DNA of 64,000 bases from contig JBKJIT010000004.1 in assembly GCA_046598345.1 (NCBI GenBank), positions 69,702-133,701 of the forward strand, in the 5' to 3' direction. Every line of letters starts with the position of its first letter. The stretch's first letter is position 1. The translations under genes were made by a program, and so were the position numbers. The notes under the pieces are model-generated. The model searched no databases. It was not told where the DNA came from and worked only from the letters and a program-made list of their open reading frames with translations. The DNA comes from Minisyncoccia bacterium. Its GTDB lineage: Bacteria; Patescibacteriota; Minisyncoccia; Phycocordibacterales; UBA918. Shown here in pieces: positions 37,295 through 47,508 of this stretch.

Positions 37295-38587
37295 ATGAAA
37301 TCACTTTTTAAAAAAATTGTTGTTGCGCTCATTACTCTGGAGGCAAAAGCGCTTCTTCGTCGGACTAAGCCGGTCATTATTGCTGTAACCGGAAGCGTTG
37401 GAAAGACATCGGTTAAAGATGCGATTTATTCAGTGTGCAAGAATCATGTGTACACGAGAAAGAGCGAAAAAAGTTTTAATTCAGATATTGGAGTTCCTCT
37501 TACCGTGCTCGGACTTCAAAATGCGTGGAGCAATCCATTTCTTTGGATAAAGAACATTGTGGACGGTGCTATGCTCGCACTCCATCCGCACGATTACCCG
37601 AAGCTCCTCATTCTTGAAATGGGGGTTGATCGCCCTGGAGACATGGACAAGCTCACCTCGTGGATTAAGCCAGACGTCGTTGTGCTCACGAGGCTTCCTG
37701 ATGTGCCTGTGCATGTTGAATACTTTGAATCCCCAGAGCAAGTCATTGAGGAAAAGGTTAAACTTGTTGCGGCCCTTAAACCCGATGGTGTTTTTGTCTA
37801 TAACCAAGACGATGAAAAGGTACTCAAAGTTGCGGAGGGTGTGATTACGCGGAAGATAGGGTACAGCCGGTATTCACTTTCTCCGTACACTGCTTCCGCA
37901 GATCGGATCGTGTATGAGAATGGTACGGCTGTTGGCTTTGAGTTTACACTCACTCATCTCAATACAGCTAAGATTATGCGTGTGAACGGCTCTCTGGGAA
38001 TCCAGCATGCATATAATTATGCAGCAGCAACTGCGGTTGGTTCTATTTTTGATGTGGGACTCGATGATGTGGATGTGGCACTTCGTGAGCATGTTCCGCC
38101 AGCCGGTCGCATGCGCCTTCTTTCTGGAATTAAAGATACACTCATTATTGATGATACGTATAACGCTTCTCCGGTTGCGTGTGAGCAAGCGCTTCAGACA
38201 CTCAGGGAATTAAAAGGGGTGCAGCGAAAAGTCGCTATTTTAGGTGACATGATGGAACTTGGTCAATTTTCAATCAAAGAACATGAGCGTATTGGAAGGC
38301 TCGCGGCGGCGTCGTGCGACCTCCTCATTACTATGGGTGTGCGTGCACGCGGGTTCGCAGAAGGCGCACTTGAAAATAGCATGTCCGAGAAAAGTATTCT
38401 TCAGTATGATGATACAGAAAGTATTCGACGAGAGATTGAATCTCTTATAAAACAGGGCGACGCAATACTCGTGAAAGGTTCACAATCCATTCGAGGGGAA
38501 CGCATAGTTGAAGAAATTATGGCTGAGCCTGATAGAAAAGATGAGCTGCTTGTGCGGCAGAGTGAGGTCTGGCGTTCGATCGCTTAG
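37295..38587 (+). CDS. murF: Mur ligase, most likely UDP-MurNAc-tripeptide--D-Ala-D-Ala ligase
   Basis: P-loop 'IIAVTGSVGKTSVK', Mur ligase middle and C-terminal domains, dcw position; MurE versus MurF not fully resolved. Confidence 0.65.
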   Translation: MKSLFKKIVVALITLEAKALLRRTKPVIIAVTGSVGKTSVKDAIYSVCKNHVYTRKSEKSFNSDIGVPLTVLGLQNAWSNPFLWIKNIVDGAMLALHPHDYPKLLILEMGVDRPGDMDKLTSWIKPDVVVLTRLPDVPVHVEYFESPEQVIEEKVKLVAALKPDGVFVYNQDDEKVLKVAEGVITRKIGYSRYSLSPYTASADRIVYENGTAVGFEFTLTHLNTAKIMRVNGSLGIQHAYNYAAATAVGSIFDVGLDDVDVALREHVPPAGRMRLLSGIKDTLIIDDTYNASPVACEQALQTLRELKGVQRKVAILGDMMELGQFSIKEHERIGRLAAASCDLLITMGVRARGFAEGALENSMSEKSILQYDDTESIRREIESLIKQGDAILVKGSQSIRGERIVEEIMAEPDRKDELLVRQSEVWRSIA

Positions 38588-38696
38588 AATTCATTTAAAA
38601 GCCCATCTTCTTCCTTCAAACATTCATCATATGTGCTATATGTCTCATGTTTTCAGTCCTTGATTCCTCGTACCTGAGACTTTTAATAAATTCTAA
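38584..38696 (+). repeat. Stop-codon-adjacent hairpin-flanked element, copy D (after murF; most diverged)
   Basis: Flanking inverted repeat ttagaattcatttaaaag / cttttaataaattctaa; internal CATATgtgctATATG hairpin; 3' box GATTCCTCGTACCTGAGAC matches copy C (GATGCCTCGTACCTGAGGTC). Confidence 0.45.
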
Positions 38697-38867
38697 ATAT
38701 GTGAGAGTGTAATGATTCGATGTAATGACTCCAAATAACCTGCGGCTTTAAAAAGGTGCAGAGTACCCAGTATGAAAGTGCGTATTCTCGTGCTTTCTAA
38801 AGATCAAAAGAGCAGATTTTTTGGTAACTGCACAGGGTCAGATTATTAATACGTAATAGTAAAAAAT

Positions 38868-39119
38868 ATGGGAATCATTCTATGGGTCATCTTCGGAGCC
38901 CTTGTTGGTTGGATAGCTTCACTCATAATGAAGACTGATGCAGAACAGGGAGCACTTCTCAATATCATTGTTGGTGTTGTTGGAGCAGTCCTCGGCGGAT
39001 GGCTTATGAGTGTTCTAGGGCAAGGCGGGGTATCAGGCTTTAACATCTACAGTTTTGTTGTAGCACTTGTAGGAGCTGTAGCACTCATCGCCATTGTAAA
39101 AGCAGTGCGACGAGCCTAA
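38868..39119 (+). CDS. GlsB/YeaQ/YmgE-family transglycosylase-associated membrane protein
   Basis: 83 aa; '[20 protein letters not shown]...[19 protein letters not shown]'. Confidence 0.75.
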   Translation: MGIILWVIFGALVGWIASLIMKTDAEQGALLNIIVGVVGAVLGGWLMSVLGQGGVSGFNIYSFVVALVGAVALIAIVKAVRRA

Positions 39120-39161
39120 CCATACACCGACATATAGTTACTCATTTTAAACAATAATCCT

Positions 39162-39389
39162 ATGGCAACAGTCATCAATAATCCAAGTGGAACAACTGAC
39201 TCATCTGGGTCAGGAGCACTTCTCGGTATTCTTGTTGCGGTCGTGTTGGGTATCCTCTTCTTCGTATACCTACTTCCAGCAATACAGGGAACTGATCGAA
39301 CAAATACCTCAACGACTGAAATTAAAGTTGATCTTCCAAGTACAGCAGGAACAGGTGCGACAGGAGGCGACACCCCAACGAATCCATAA
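39162..39389 (+). CDS. hypothetical small membrane protein
   Basis: 75 aa, one TM, Thr/Gly-rich tail. Confidence 0.3.
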   Translation: MATVINNPSGTTDSSGSGALLGILVAVVLGILFFVYLLPAIQGTDRTNTSTTEIKVDLPSTAGTGATGGDTPTNP

Positions 39390-39751
39390 AGGATCCCAAA
39401 CTTCCTAGGAAGGGAAACAATTGCATATTTTTTAAGAAACAGAAATGGGTTCACTCCCATTTCTGTTTTATTTTATAAGTTGAACAGATGTTTGCGCATT
39501 CATAATATGTGAGATACGTGAGAGTTAATGGAAATCACATGAATATGAAAAATCACTATGTATTGCAATGGATTTCGATGAGTCACGGCAGGGAAGTACA
39601 GCGTTCGCGTGGAGGTATACTCACGTTCACCACAGTATTTCTCTATGTATGTAGAGCGCTCCTACACCCCGCTTATACATGTGCACTGTCGAGCTCATTG
39701 TTTCGTGGGATGCATAAGTACCTATTCATTACACATAAACCCTATATTAGT

Positions 39752-41722
39752 ATGAACTTATACACGTTTAAATCTGAGCAACTTTCGCACAGGTTGAAGA
39801 AAGCATGGGGTGGAGGAGCACTCACGCCCCAACTTATTGCTATAACACTCACCATATCAATTCTAGGTACATTTGGTTTCTTAATGGCACTCGTAAGCCC
39901 ACTCGCGGCAGAGGCAGCTGAAAGTTGTACTGCCCTCACGATTACGAGCGGGGGAGATACAAACACAGCGGGCTGGACTGCTACTAATCCAGTAGCGAAT
40001 CCGCTTAGTGACGCTGCATATAGTGGTGGATCCCAAAGTGATGCATTTGCTACAGAAGCAGTGATCCCACCGTGGGTTAATCCAGCGACTGCGCCAACAT
40101 TTGTAGGGTCTGGAGCACTCTGGGTATCGAGCGATGACTCGTGGCCAGGAGGCACGGGAAATACTGAAGGAGCAGCCACCACAAGTCAGTGGCGACTCTT
40201 TGAACATACCTTTGCACTTCCTTCTGGCGCAACTGTAGCCTCAGCAACACTCTGGTATGCAGCAGACAATGCAGCAGCAGTATATGTAGATGGAAATGCT
40301 ACACCAATTGATTACACAGGAAGCATGGCGGATGTGTTCGGTGCTACGACAAGTGCTGCGTCACACTACGATGAGGTCTATATGACCAACTTCGATGCAA
40401 GTGCTGGTACAAATACACTCAATTTCGTAGTGCGCAATTGGTCAACTGATGCGTCTACAAATCCAACAGGTCTACTCTACAAAGCAGTCGTGAACTATTG
40501 CGTGCCCGTAACACCCGATGATGTTACGGTAACAGTTTTGAAATACGTTGACGGCATGATGGCTACAGGAAGCTCTACAGGCAATGCAGACTTCACTATG
40601 CAGTCAACATGGGATGCAGACAACATTGGTACGGGAACCGGAAGCTTTGTTCTTAACGAGAATAATAGTCCGACACCCTACAAGGCAGTGACCGCAACAA
40701 TGACGCCAGGCGCAAACTACACTGTGTCAGAGACCATGAACGATACTGTGGGAGCAAATTGTGCTGCGGGTAAACCATTTGCCTTCACGGGTTACAGCGT
40801 GGGTGATAGCCAAAGCAGCGCAGCGTCAGCAACGCCGACTACCACGGCACCAAACCTTACAAATATAATGACTGACAAGACGATCATTATTTGGAACGAA
40901 GAATGTGACGCAACGACTACACCCGGCACCGTCATGGTCTCTATTCACAAGTTTGTAGAAGGAATGATGGCGACCGCAAGTAGTTCTAACAACCTGAGTT
41001 TCCCACTTCGCTCAGAATGGGATGCGACAAATATCGGGACAGGGACTGCACAGTTCACATTGAACGCTTCTACAACGATGGCGTATATGGCAACAAGCGC
41101 TGCTATGAGCCTTGGTGCTGACTACCAAGTGAAGGAGCTTGTGAATGGTGGAACTGTTGGTGCGCAATGCGCTAACGGCAAGCCCTACGCTCTTCTTGGA
41201 TACACAACTGGAAACACCTATGCCGAAGCGGCATCAAAGACACCTACAATGTCACAGCCAGTCTTTGAAAATCTTCAGTCAAATAAGCATGTAATCGTAT
41301 GGAACGACGACTGTAGTATCACAAACGGCGAGCTTCAGGTAACAAGTATCGATTCTGTCGATACGACCGCCAAGGCGAATGGTTCGTTCGCTGATGGATG
41401 GGTATATGTCTTCAATATCACTGCTCCAACCAATGAACCAAATCTCGCAATGCGTTTCAGTGATTGGCTGAAGAATGGAGGTAACGGTACTATCCCGGTT
41501 GCAAACAATATGCGCATTTCGTCTGCCCAAGCAAATAATGGAGGAGCAACGATCCTCCTTACGGGGTCAAACATCTACTCAAGTCCCGCACTTCACATGA
41601 CTGGAGATCTCTCCACAACGACTGTGGGACGACAGGTTCAAATTACAGTTGAAGTTGCTGTTCCGTCAGGAACACCGAATGGGTCGTATACAACAAATTA
41701 TGGTGTTCGGTCAACACCCTAA
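39752..41722 (+). CDS. Secreted protein with two ~130-aa tandem repeats
   Basis: Signal-anchor at probable start MNLYTF...; repeat 1 'VTVLKYVDGMMATGSS...WNEEC', repeat 2 'VMVSIHKFVEGMMATASS...WNDDC'; the ORF from 39509 carries an unlikely N-terminal extension. Confidence 0.45.
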   Translation: MNLYTFKSEQLSHRLKKAWGGGALTPQLIAITLTISILGTFGFLMALVSPLAAEAAESCTALTITSGGDTNTAGWTATNPVANPLSDAAYSGGSQSDAFATEAVIPPWVNPATAPTFVGSGALWVSSDDSWPGGTGNTEGAATTSQWRLFEHTFALPSGATVASATLWYAADNAAAVYVDGNATPIDYTGSMADVFGATTSAASHYDEVYMTNFDASAGTNTLNFVVRNWSTDASTNPTGLLYKAVVNYCVPVTPDDVTVTVLKYVDGMMATGSSTGNADFTMQSTWDADNIGTGTGSFVLNENNSPTPYKAVTATMTPGANYTVSETMNDTVGANCAAGKPFAFTGYSVGDSQSSAASATPTTTAPNLTNIMTDKTIIIWNEECDATTTPGTVMVSIHKFVEGMMATASSSNNLSFPLRSEWDATNIGTGTAQFTLNASTTMAYMATSAAMSLGADYQVKELVNGGTVGAQCANGKPYALLGYTTGNTYAEAASKTPTMSQPVFENLQSNKHVIVWNDDCSITNGELQVTSIDSVDTTAKANGSFADGWVYVFNITAPTNEPNLAMRFSDWLKNGGNGTIPVANNMRISSAQANNGGATILLTGSNIYSSPALHMTGDLSTTTVGRQVQITVEVAVPSGTPNGSYTTNYGVRSTP

Positions 41723-41748
41723 TTTATAAGCCCTAATTCTCACCTCAC

Positions 41749-42234
41749 ATGACTAGAAAACTTACAACATTCGCATTCGCTCTACTCTTCTTTGGAGTCG
41801 CATGGCTTAGCTTCTCATACGTGAACTTTGCACATGCCTCTGAGGTGACTGGTACGCTTTCTTCGGGTGGAGTAACAGCAACTACTACTGCAACAACTTC
41901 TGGAACAATTGGTGGCACTGTGACAGATGGGAGTGCATCCGGCAGCATTTCTGGTACCGTCACGGGCGGCGGTGGAGGCAGTAGTAGTGGAGGAGGAGGT
42001 CGCGGTAATAGTAGTGGTAGTGGAAGTAGTAGTGGGGGAAGTAGTGGAAATAATGGTGGAGGCGGTGGAGCCGTTCTCGGTGAATCGACTTCAATTCCTA
42101 CGTTTCCTAACGCTGGATTTGAACCCACATCTCTACCAGGCGTGATTGGTGCAATGGCACTCACTACCGCAATCATGTCGTTCCTACTCTACTTTGGATT
42201 CCGAAACAGGGAGGAAGAACTGCTTGAAGTGTAA
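41749..42234 (+). CDS. Gly/Ser/Thr-rich secreted protein with C-terminal TM anchor and charged tail (putative sortase substrate)
   Basis: Signal peptide; (G/S/T)n low-complexity region; C-terminus '...FPNAGFEPTSLPGVIGAMALTTAIMSFLLYFGFRNREEELLEV'. Confidence 0.45.
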   Translation: MTRKLTTFAFALLFFGVAWLSFSYVNFAHASEVTGTLSSGGVTATTTATTSGTIGGTVTDGSASGSISGTVTGGGGGSSSGGGGRGNSSGSGSSSGGSSGNNGGGGGAVLGESTSIPTFPNAGFEPTSLPGVIGAMALTTAIMSFLLYFGFRNREEELLEV

Positions 42235-42250
42235 ACGCGATTATTAGCCA

Positions 42251-42280
42251 CAAAAAATCCCGCGCACGCGGGATTTTTTG
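42251..42280. terminator. Bidirectional Rho-independent terminator
   Basis: AAAAAA-atcccgcg-cac-gcgggat-TTTTTT between convergent genes. Confidence 0.8.
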
Positions 42281-42296
42281 TGGCTCCTGGTTTCTC

Positions 42297-42950
42297 TTAC
42301 AGAGCTACCTCACTCATTGCATCAACACGCTCCGTAAATACAACTGTGCGCTTACTGTACACCTGCTCATTTGTAAGAAACTCCCCACCACAGGTAATCA
42401 AATTGAGCCGTGCAACACTCAAATCTCCTACAAACACCTCTCGTGGATCTGCGGTGTAATCATACGTGCGAACCTTTACTACACGAAAGACAATCGCCTC
42501 ACCATTTTCATCTGTCACTTCAACAAGGTCGCCAATATTCAGTTCATCTAGTCTATAAAATACTGCGCGCGGGACGCCTTTCCAGTTGAGATGCCCGTCT
42601 ATGACCGCGTTCCCAAGTGCACCGGGGACAGGCCCGTGCTTGTACCATGCAACATCTATTAAGTTGGTTGGTACACCCATCTCACCCGGTGTCGTTGTTG
42701 AAAGTCCTACATGCTGAATATGCGCGTCTACTTCAATCGCAGGGATAACGAGACGCATGGGAAGCGCAGGAAGGACTTCCGATAACGTTGCTTCCTCGGT
42801 ATTAAAGATAAGTATGCGAGATTCGCTTGCATGCCAAGCGTCTAGATAGAAGTATGCGAGATATGTAGAAAATATAATTGTGAGCGTTACAAAGCACGAA
42901 AGGAGGACCTGTCGCAGGATTGAAATTCGTCTAAATATGTAGGCCATCAC
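42297..42950 (-). CDS. Sortase-family transpeptidase
   Basis: N-terminal TM; catalytic His 'NAVIDGH', 'NLITCGG' (TLxTC Cys), Arg in 'SKRTVVF'. Confidence 0.7.
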   Translation of the reverse strand: MMAYIFRRISILRQVLLSCFVTLTIIFSTYLAYFYLDAWHASESRILIFNTEEATLSEVLPALPMRLVIPAIEVDAHIQHVGLSTTTPGEMGVPTNLIDVAWYKHGPVPGALGNAVIDGHLNWKGVPRAVFYRLDELNIGDLVEVTDENGEAIVFRVVKVRTYDYTADPREVFVGDLSVARLNLITCGGEFLTNEQVYSKRTVVFTERVDAMSEVAL

Positions 42951-43085
42951 AAAGCTAGCCGCACTCTTCCTCGTAGCATTATATTGACGTTTTTAGTCTC
43001 GTGTGTTGAAAAATAATACTCGTCTCTGCATTGGTACTATGCGTATGAGGAGTTGGAGTAGGAAGCTCACTTCAAAACTCCAAAT

Positions 43086-43115
43086 AAAAACAAACGCGAC
43101 CAGCTAGGTCGCGTT
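43086..43115 (-). terminator. Rho-independent terminator
   Basis: aacgcgac-cagctag-gtcgcgtt with an A-run on + (T-run on -). Confidence 0.6.
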
Positions 43116-43123
43116 CAGGTACA

Positions 43124-43393
43124 TTACCTTTTCGGCAAGCCGAAAAATGCAATGATGTGCTCGAGGGCCGCTTCTTTTGTAGTTACGATCGTGGCACGCT
43201 CCACCATGTAGGTAGCTCCTGTGAAAAATCCGAAACCACTTCCGCAGCGCCACTCGACCAGCATACAGGTACGCTCTTTCCAGATATCAATCCAGTGGAT
43301 TTGCTTTTGGTGAGAAACTTCAATCTGTGCCACAACTCCATTGAACTGTTTAAGTTTTTCGACAATCCATTCAGGTTCCGTGTGCTCACTCAT
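43124..43393 (-). CDS. hypothetical protein
   Basis: 89 aa ORF bounded by terminators on both sides. Confidence 0.3.
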   Translation of the reverse strand: MSEHTEPEWIVEKLKQFNGVVAQIEVSHQKQIHWIDIWKERTCMLVEWRCGSGFGFFTGATYMVERATIVTTKEAALEHIIAFFGLPKR

Positions 43394-43475
43394 CGTTGTA
43401 TCCTTTCATTAGAAATACAGTCTGACGTTATCCTACCCAAGTTGCCGAAAAAGGCAAATGCAGTTCATTCGCACA

Positions 43476-43507
43476 GAAAAAACGGCCCGTGCGCGGGCCG
43501 CTTTTTC
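43476..43507. terminator. Bidirectional terminator
   Basis: AAAAAA-cggcccg-tgcg-cgggccg-CTTTTT. Confidence 0.7.
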
Positions 43508-43527
43508 ACTATGCGATTGTGTCCGGA

Positions 43528-44478
43528 TTAGTACCCGTCGTATCCGCTTGGTACATCAATCTCCACACCATCAGCATTTCGAAGACGGTAGCTACCATCT
43601 GGGTTCGTTTCCACACTCCGTCCATCCGCAGCATTAATGCTCGCATCGCTTCCATTAATATTAGCTGAGCCGTTATCTCCGCTTGAGTTCACGTTACCCA
43701 TAATGTCGACGCTTGCGTTGAACTCACTCCGATCAATACTGTTTCCTCCAATTTCCATAAATGCATTTTGGATCTCAGTATTGCTGTCGGTGTCGTAATA
43801 TTTCCCGCATCCATTTTCTGCGATGTCACTGAGCTGAGCCTCCACCATGCCTCCTACACCAAGTCCAATAACCTGCGTTTTAATACCCATTTCACAGAGC
43901 ATTTTAGCCACCTGGATTGGATTTCCTCCACAGGTTTCTTCACCGTCGCTGAGGAGTACTACCGTATTGTCATCACCTCCTGCGCGTTTCAGAATATCGT
44001 GCGCCTTTGTAAGCGAATCAGCAATTGGTGTCCATCCTGTAGGCATAAGATTGTTGATGTACCCTTGTGCTACAGAAACATTCACTGGACCCAATGGAAA
44101 TACTTCCTCAATTCCTGCACATGAAATATTCTTCTTAGCCTGTGAATTATCTCCCTTGTGGCCGTACACCACGACACTGAGTCGGACATTTTCTGTGAGA
44201 CCTGCAATAAATTTTGAAGCAGCAGTCTTAGCTACGTTAATCCGACTTTCTCCGGATGGAACCTTTTCTGCCATACTTCCTGAGTCATCAAATACAAGTA
44301 CCATGTGTTTTACTGGATCGTTCGCATCGTCCTTCATGGCCAAATCTCCTTCGCCCGTCTTGGTATTCGTAGTAACCCCTGTATCTAAGCTGACGTTCGG
44401 GAAAAACATTTTGAGTGCAATCGCGCCAAGCAAAATGACAACAATGACTCCTATTCCTATAACTACCTTCGAATTCAT
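43528..44478 (-). CDS. von Willebrand factor type A (VWA) domain protein, membrane-anchored
   Basis: N-terminal TM; MIDAS 'LVFDDSGSM', '...LLSDGEETCGG'. Confidence 0.75.
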   Translation of the reverse strand: MNSKVVIGIGVIVVILLGAIALKMFFPNVSLDTGVTTNTKTGEGDLAMKDDANDPVKHMVLVFDDSGSMAEKVPSGESRINVAKTAASKFIAGLTENVRLSVVVYGHKGDNSQAKKNISCAGIEEVFPLGPVNVSVAQGYINNLMPTGWTPIADSLTKAHDILKRAGGDDNTVVLLSDGEETCGGNPIQVAKMLCEMGIKTQVIGLGVGGMVEAQLSDIAENGCGKYYDTDSNTEIQNAFMEIGGNSIDRSEFNASVDIMGNVNSSGDNGSANINGSDASINAADGRSVETNPDGSYRLRNADGVEIDVPSGYDGY

Positions 44479-44700
44479 GATGAAAAAACTAAATGATAAT
44501 CTTCATAATCTAGTATACCAGGTCAAATCCTTGGGAATTCTACTTCATTTCCTCAATCATTGTGGCACTGATGATCCCGATAATATCGTATTTTTGAATG
44601 CTGCTTAGCATTTCTACTCCCGTCACGACGCCCGAAACACGAACCAGGGTTCCTGTGGGGAAGTCGACAGGATACTGAGACATGAGTGAGGTGTTGAGTG

Positions 44701-45330
44701 CTATCGGTCTTCACTATTTGCTACCTTAATGCCAATTGCACATTCAAGTGTTTGCTCTCTTTGGGTATTTTTGTGCGGCAAACATTCAGTGTAACCAATG
44801 ATCGTCTCATGTTTCGGAAGCTCACTATATGTACCTTTCATAGCTCCCACTATGAGCCATGCACCACTCCGCTCTTCAAGCATGAGCGTAACAGGTAAGA
44901 CCGCTACAACAGCTTTACCAGTGCCCGCCTCTTCATTCATAACTTCAATAATATTTCCTTCCACTACAAACTGATCTCCCGTCCTTCGCACTTCAACAAT
45001 ATCAATACGCTCAGGCCACGGGCTCGAAGTACTTCGCCCGAGTGCCGCAGCATTGTCTTTCGCCCATGCTTCAATGAGTTCTGGCGAAATATAAGGAGAA
45101 TAGTGTTCCATCATCGTCGCTCGGCGCGCATCAGTCGGTGCAACAAGAGAAACCATTTGCAGTTTGGTGCCAAACGCAGTTACGAGTTTCCGAACTTCAG
45201 TTTCGGCGGAGTTCGATACGGTAGGTGAGAGCGGGGAAGATTCGTTTGTATTTTTCGTATACCAATAGCTGAGCGCAATAAGTATGAGTAACCCCAAGAT
45301 ACCAACTTGCATTTTAACTCTCTGTGTCAT
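44701..45330 (-). CDS. hypothetical secreted/membrane-anchored protein
   Basis: 209 aa, N-terminal TM/signal. Confidence 0.35.
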   Translation of the reverse strand: MTQRVKMQVGILGLLILIALSYWYTKNTNESSPLSPTVSNSAETEVRKLVTAFGTKLQMVSLVAPTDARRATMMEHYSPYISPELIEAWAKDNAAALGRSTSSPWPERIDIVEVRRTGDQFVVEGNIIEVMNEEAGTGKAVVAVLPVTLMLEERSGAWLIVGAMKGTYSELPKHETIIGYTECLPHKNTQREQTLECAIGIKVANSEDR

Positions 45331-45518
45331 ACGAACAGTATAGCAAAACGAGGTTTCGAGTCGTCATTTCAACACCATGTGTTTATCCCACCCATACTGT
45401 CGTAAAAATAAGTCTTGAGGTGTGTTGCTCCAGGTCTCATTATATGACAGTATGCGTGCTGGTTTCGTGAACTGAGTCCATCCATTACTGTTAGGCTTCA
45501 ATATGAAGGAGATCTCCT

Positions 45519-45956
45519 GTGATCATCTTGCAACTGCTGCTGTTTCCATTTTGCGTACTGTTCTTTCATTTGCACTGGGTCGGGCTCGTCTTTGCCGGCT
45601 CACTTGTCCTCGCACTTCTCGTTAACGTAGTGACGAGCATCCCCATTCTTTCTCTGTATCTTGCCGTGGGTGGTTGGATATATCTCGGCATGGTGATGTT
45701 TACATTCTGTTTCAATATTGCTCAGTACTACGAAGCGTGCAGAATAAAGCCGTGTCGGAATCTGCTGGGGCATTGGCATCACTACTCGACTGGGGAAATA
45801 CTCATGGATGTATTGTTCGGAGCCATATGGCCGATCTATATGTGGAAGGTACACCAAGAAGCGTGTGAGCGCAGAGAAAGTCTATCTGGTCTCATCATGA
45901 GGACGACGAAGTTCTGTTTCGGTCGTCTCAAAAATCGAGTGAGAAATAGTGACTGA
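45519..45956 (+). CDS. hypothetical membrane protein
   Basis: 145 aa, 3-4 TM helices. Confidence 0.3.
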   Translation: MIILQLLLFPFCVLFFHLHWVGLVFAGSLVLALLVNVVTSIPILSLYLAVGGWIYLGMVMFTFCFNIAQYYEACRIKPCRNLLGHWHHYSTGEILMDVLFGAIWPIYMWKVHQEACERRESLSGLIMRTTKFCFGRLKNRVRNSD

Positions 45957-46541
45957 ACAACGAAGGGTTCCAATCGCTTGAGGAAAGACTCCTCCGGCGA
46001 TTTTTTTTTGCAATCTTTCCTGAGGCACAGTAGCGAATTGGATTCAGATTTTTATAAGCGCTCAAAATTCCCCACTCCAGTCTCAAAAGAAGAAATTTCA
46101 TAGAGATTTTATTTCTTTTTGTGGAGCACACACAGGGTAACCCTGTGTGTGCTCCATATAAATCACCTTCATGATGCTTAAAAAAAGTAATCTCGTTATT
46201 GTGGTATAATGAGCTGTGATTAAGAAAGGAAACGAAAAACCAGTCGACGTTCAGTTATCCTTAGCAGCTTTTATCCAGTCGTATAACGAGAATATGCCAG
46301 AAGGGTATGCTCGTGCCTCTGAGGAACAACTTCTCCAATTTAAGGATGACCACGGAACACTTTTCAAAAATGGTGACATGTGGTCTATCGATCAACATCG
46401 CAAAAGAATCATTGATTGGCTGCCTCAGGCTAATCGAGTACGATAAAGGAAGGGTACAGACAAAAGAAGAACGCCTCTAGAGATGCATTTTTTGTGATAC
46501 CAGCATATTTTGAGAGATTGGAATCAAGTAGTTATTCTGTG

Positions 46542-47078
46542 CTAACCCTGACGGGCTGCCAGAATGGCAGCAATGTCAATTTTCTGCATGGTCATCATCG
46601 CGTCGAAGGCGCGCTTTGCCTCGGCCCCACCAATCGCCAACGCTTCAATTAAGACGCGCGGCGTAATTTGCCACGACACGCCCCACTTGTCCTTGCACCA
46701 ACCACACTGGCTTTCTTGTCCGCCATTCTGTACGATTGCGTTCCAGTAACGATCTGTCTCTTCTTGGTCATCTGTTGCAATCTGAAAAGAAAAGGCCTCG
46801 CTTTGCTTGAAGGTCGGTCCACCATTTAGTCCTACACAGGGAACTCCACAAACAGTAAACTCAACAGTGAGCACATCGCCTTCCTTGCCGTCCGGAAAAT
46901 TTGACGGGGCTGTACGAACGGCAGTTACGTTACTGTCCGGGAACGTAGCAGCATAAAACTCAGCTGCCGCTTGTGCATCTTTTTCGTACCAGATGCAAAT
47001 GGTATTTTTTGGTTGTGTATTCATGAGTACATTGTAACAATCTTTTATGTAGCTGACATTAATGAAAGTTGGAATCAA
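46542..47078 (-). CDS. VOC-family protein (PhnB / 3-demethylubiquinone-9 3-methyltransferase-like domain)
   Basis: 'YWNAIVQNGGQESQCGWCKDKWGVSWQI' hallmark; probable start Met at 47024. Confidence 0.7.
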   Translation of the reverse strand: MIPTFINVSYIKDCYNVLMNTQPKNTICIWYEKDAQAAAEFYAATFPDSNVTAVRTAPSNFPDGKEGDVLTVEFTVCGVPCVGLNGGPTFKQSEAFSFQIATDDQEETDRYWNAIVQNGGQESQCGWCKDKWGVSWQITPRVLIEALAIGGAEAKRAFDAMMTMQKIDIAAILAARQG

Positions 47079-47146
47079 ATAATTTCCTATTTATTAAAGC
47101 CCCGAAGCAACTAAATGCTTGACGGGGCTTGCCGGGAGACGGCTTA

Positions 47147-47398
47147 TTAGAAAACTTCAATAATGTGCATGGTCTTCGGCATGTGGGAGGGAACACCATC
47201 ACGAAGCATCATGGCATTCGCACTCGGGGTGATATATGGTTTCGATTCATCCTCACCAAATTTGATGAAAATGTTGAACCCTCCCCGAAATCCACCGTGT
47301 CCTGAGTCGTCACCATCGATTGGAAAACCGATGAATTTCTTGCCCACCTTAAGTTCGCCGAAAGTTAACGGTTTGCTCTGGGTATTTTGAGTGCTCAC
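47147..47398 (-). CDS. hypothetical protein
   Basis: 83 aa; preceded ~75 nt upstream by the conserved 28-nt motif shared with the GAF-kinase promoter. Confidence 0.3.
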   Translation of the reverse strand: MSTQNTQSKPLTFGELKVGKKFIGFPIDGDDSGHGGFRGGFNIFIKFGEDESKPYITPSANAMMLRDGVPSHMPKTMHIIEVF

Positions 47399-47470
47399 TA
47401 CATTTCTCCTTCGTTATGAAAAACTCTTAAGCTAAGAAGAGAATAACATACTAAACATGTTTGTCAAGTT

Positions 47471-47498
47471 GTGACCAACGTTAGAGTGAATTGGAACC
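47471..47498 (-). promoter_or_regulatory. Conserved 28-nt upstream motif (copy 1) GTGACCAACGTTAGAGTGAATTGGAACC
   Basis: 24/28 identical to 49399-49426; both lie 70-76 nt upstream of - strand gene starts. Confidence 0.35.
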
Positions 47499-47508
47499 GG
47501 TTATTTAA

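Noticed and set aside
39509-39751. 81-codon N-terminal extension of the 737-aa ORF
   Set aside because: The extension is Cys/His/Arg-rich with no signal peptide. The internal Met at 39752 is followed by a clean signal-anchor (…ALTPQLIAITLTISILGTFGFLMALVSPLAAEAAE).
41745-42176. 143-aa proline-rich - strand ORF and 72-aa + strand ORF inside the Gly/Ser-rich gene
   Set aside because: Reverse or alternative-frame translation of a GGT/GGA/AGT-rich repeat region. The + frame with a signal peptide and C-terminal anchor is the coherent one.
43768-44608. + strand ORFs (118 and 253 aa) antisense to the VWA gene
   Set aside because: The VWA frame on the - strand carries a clear MIDAS motif. The antisense ORFs are Ser/Pro/Thr-rich shadows.
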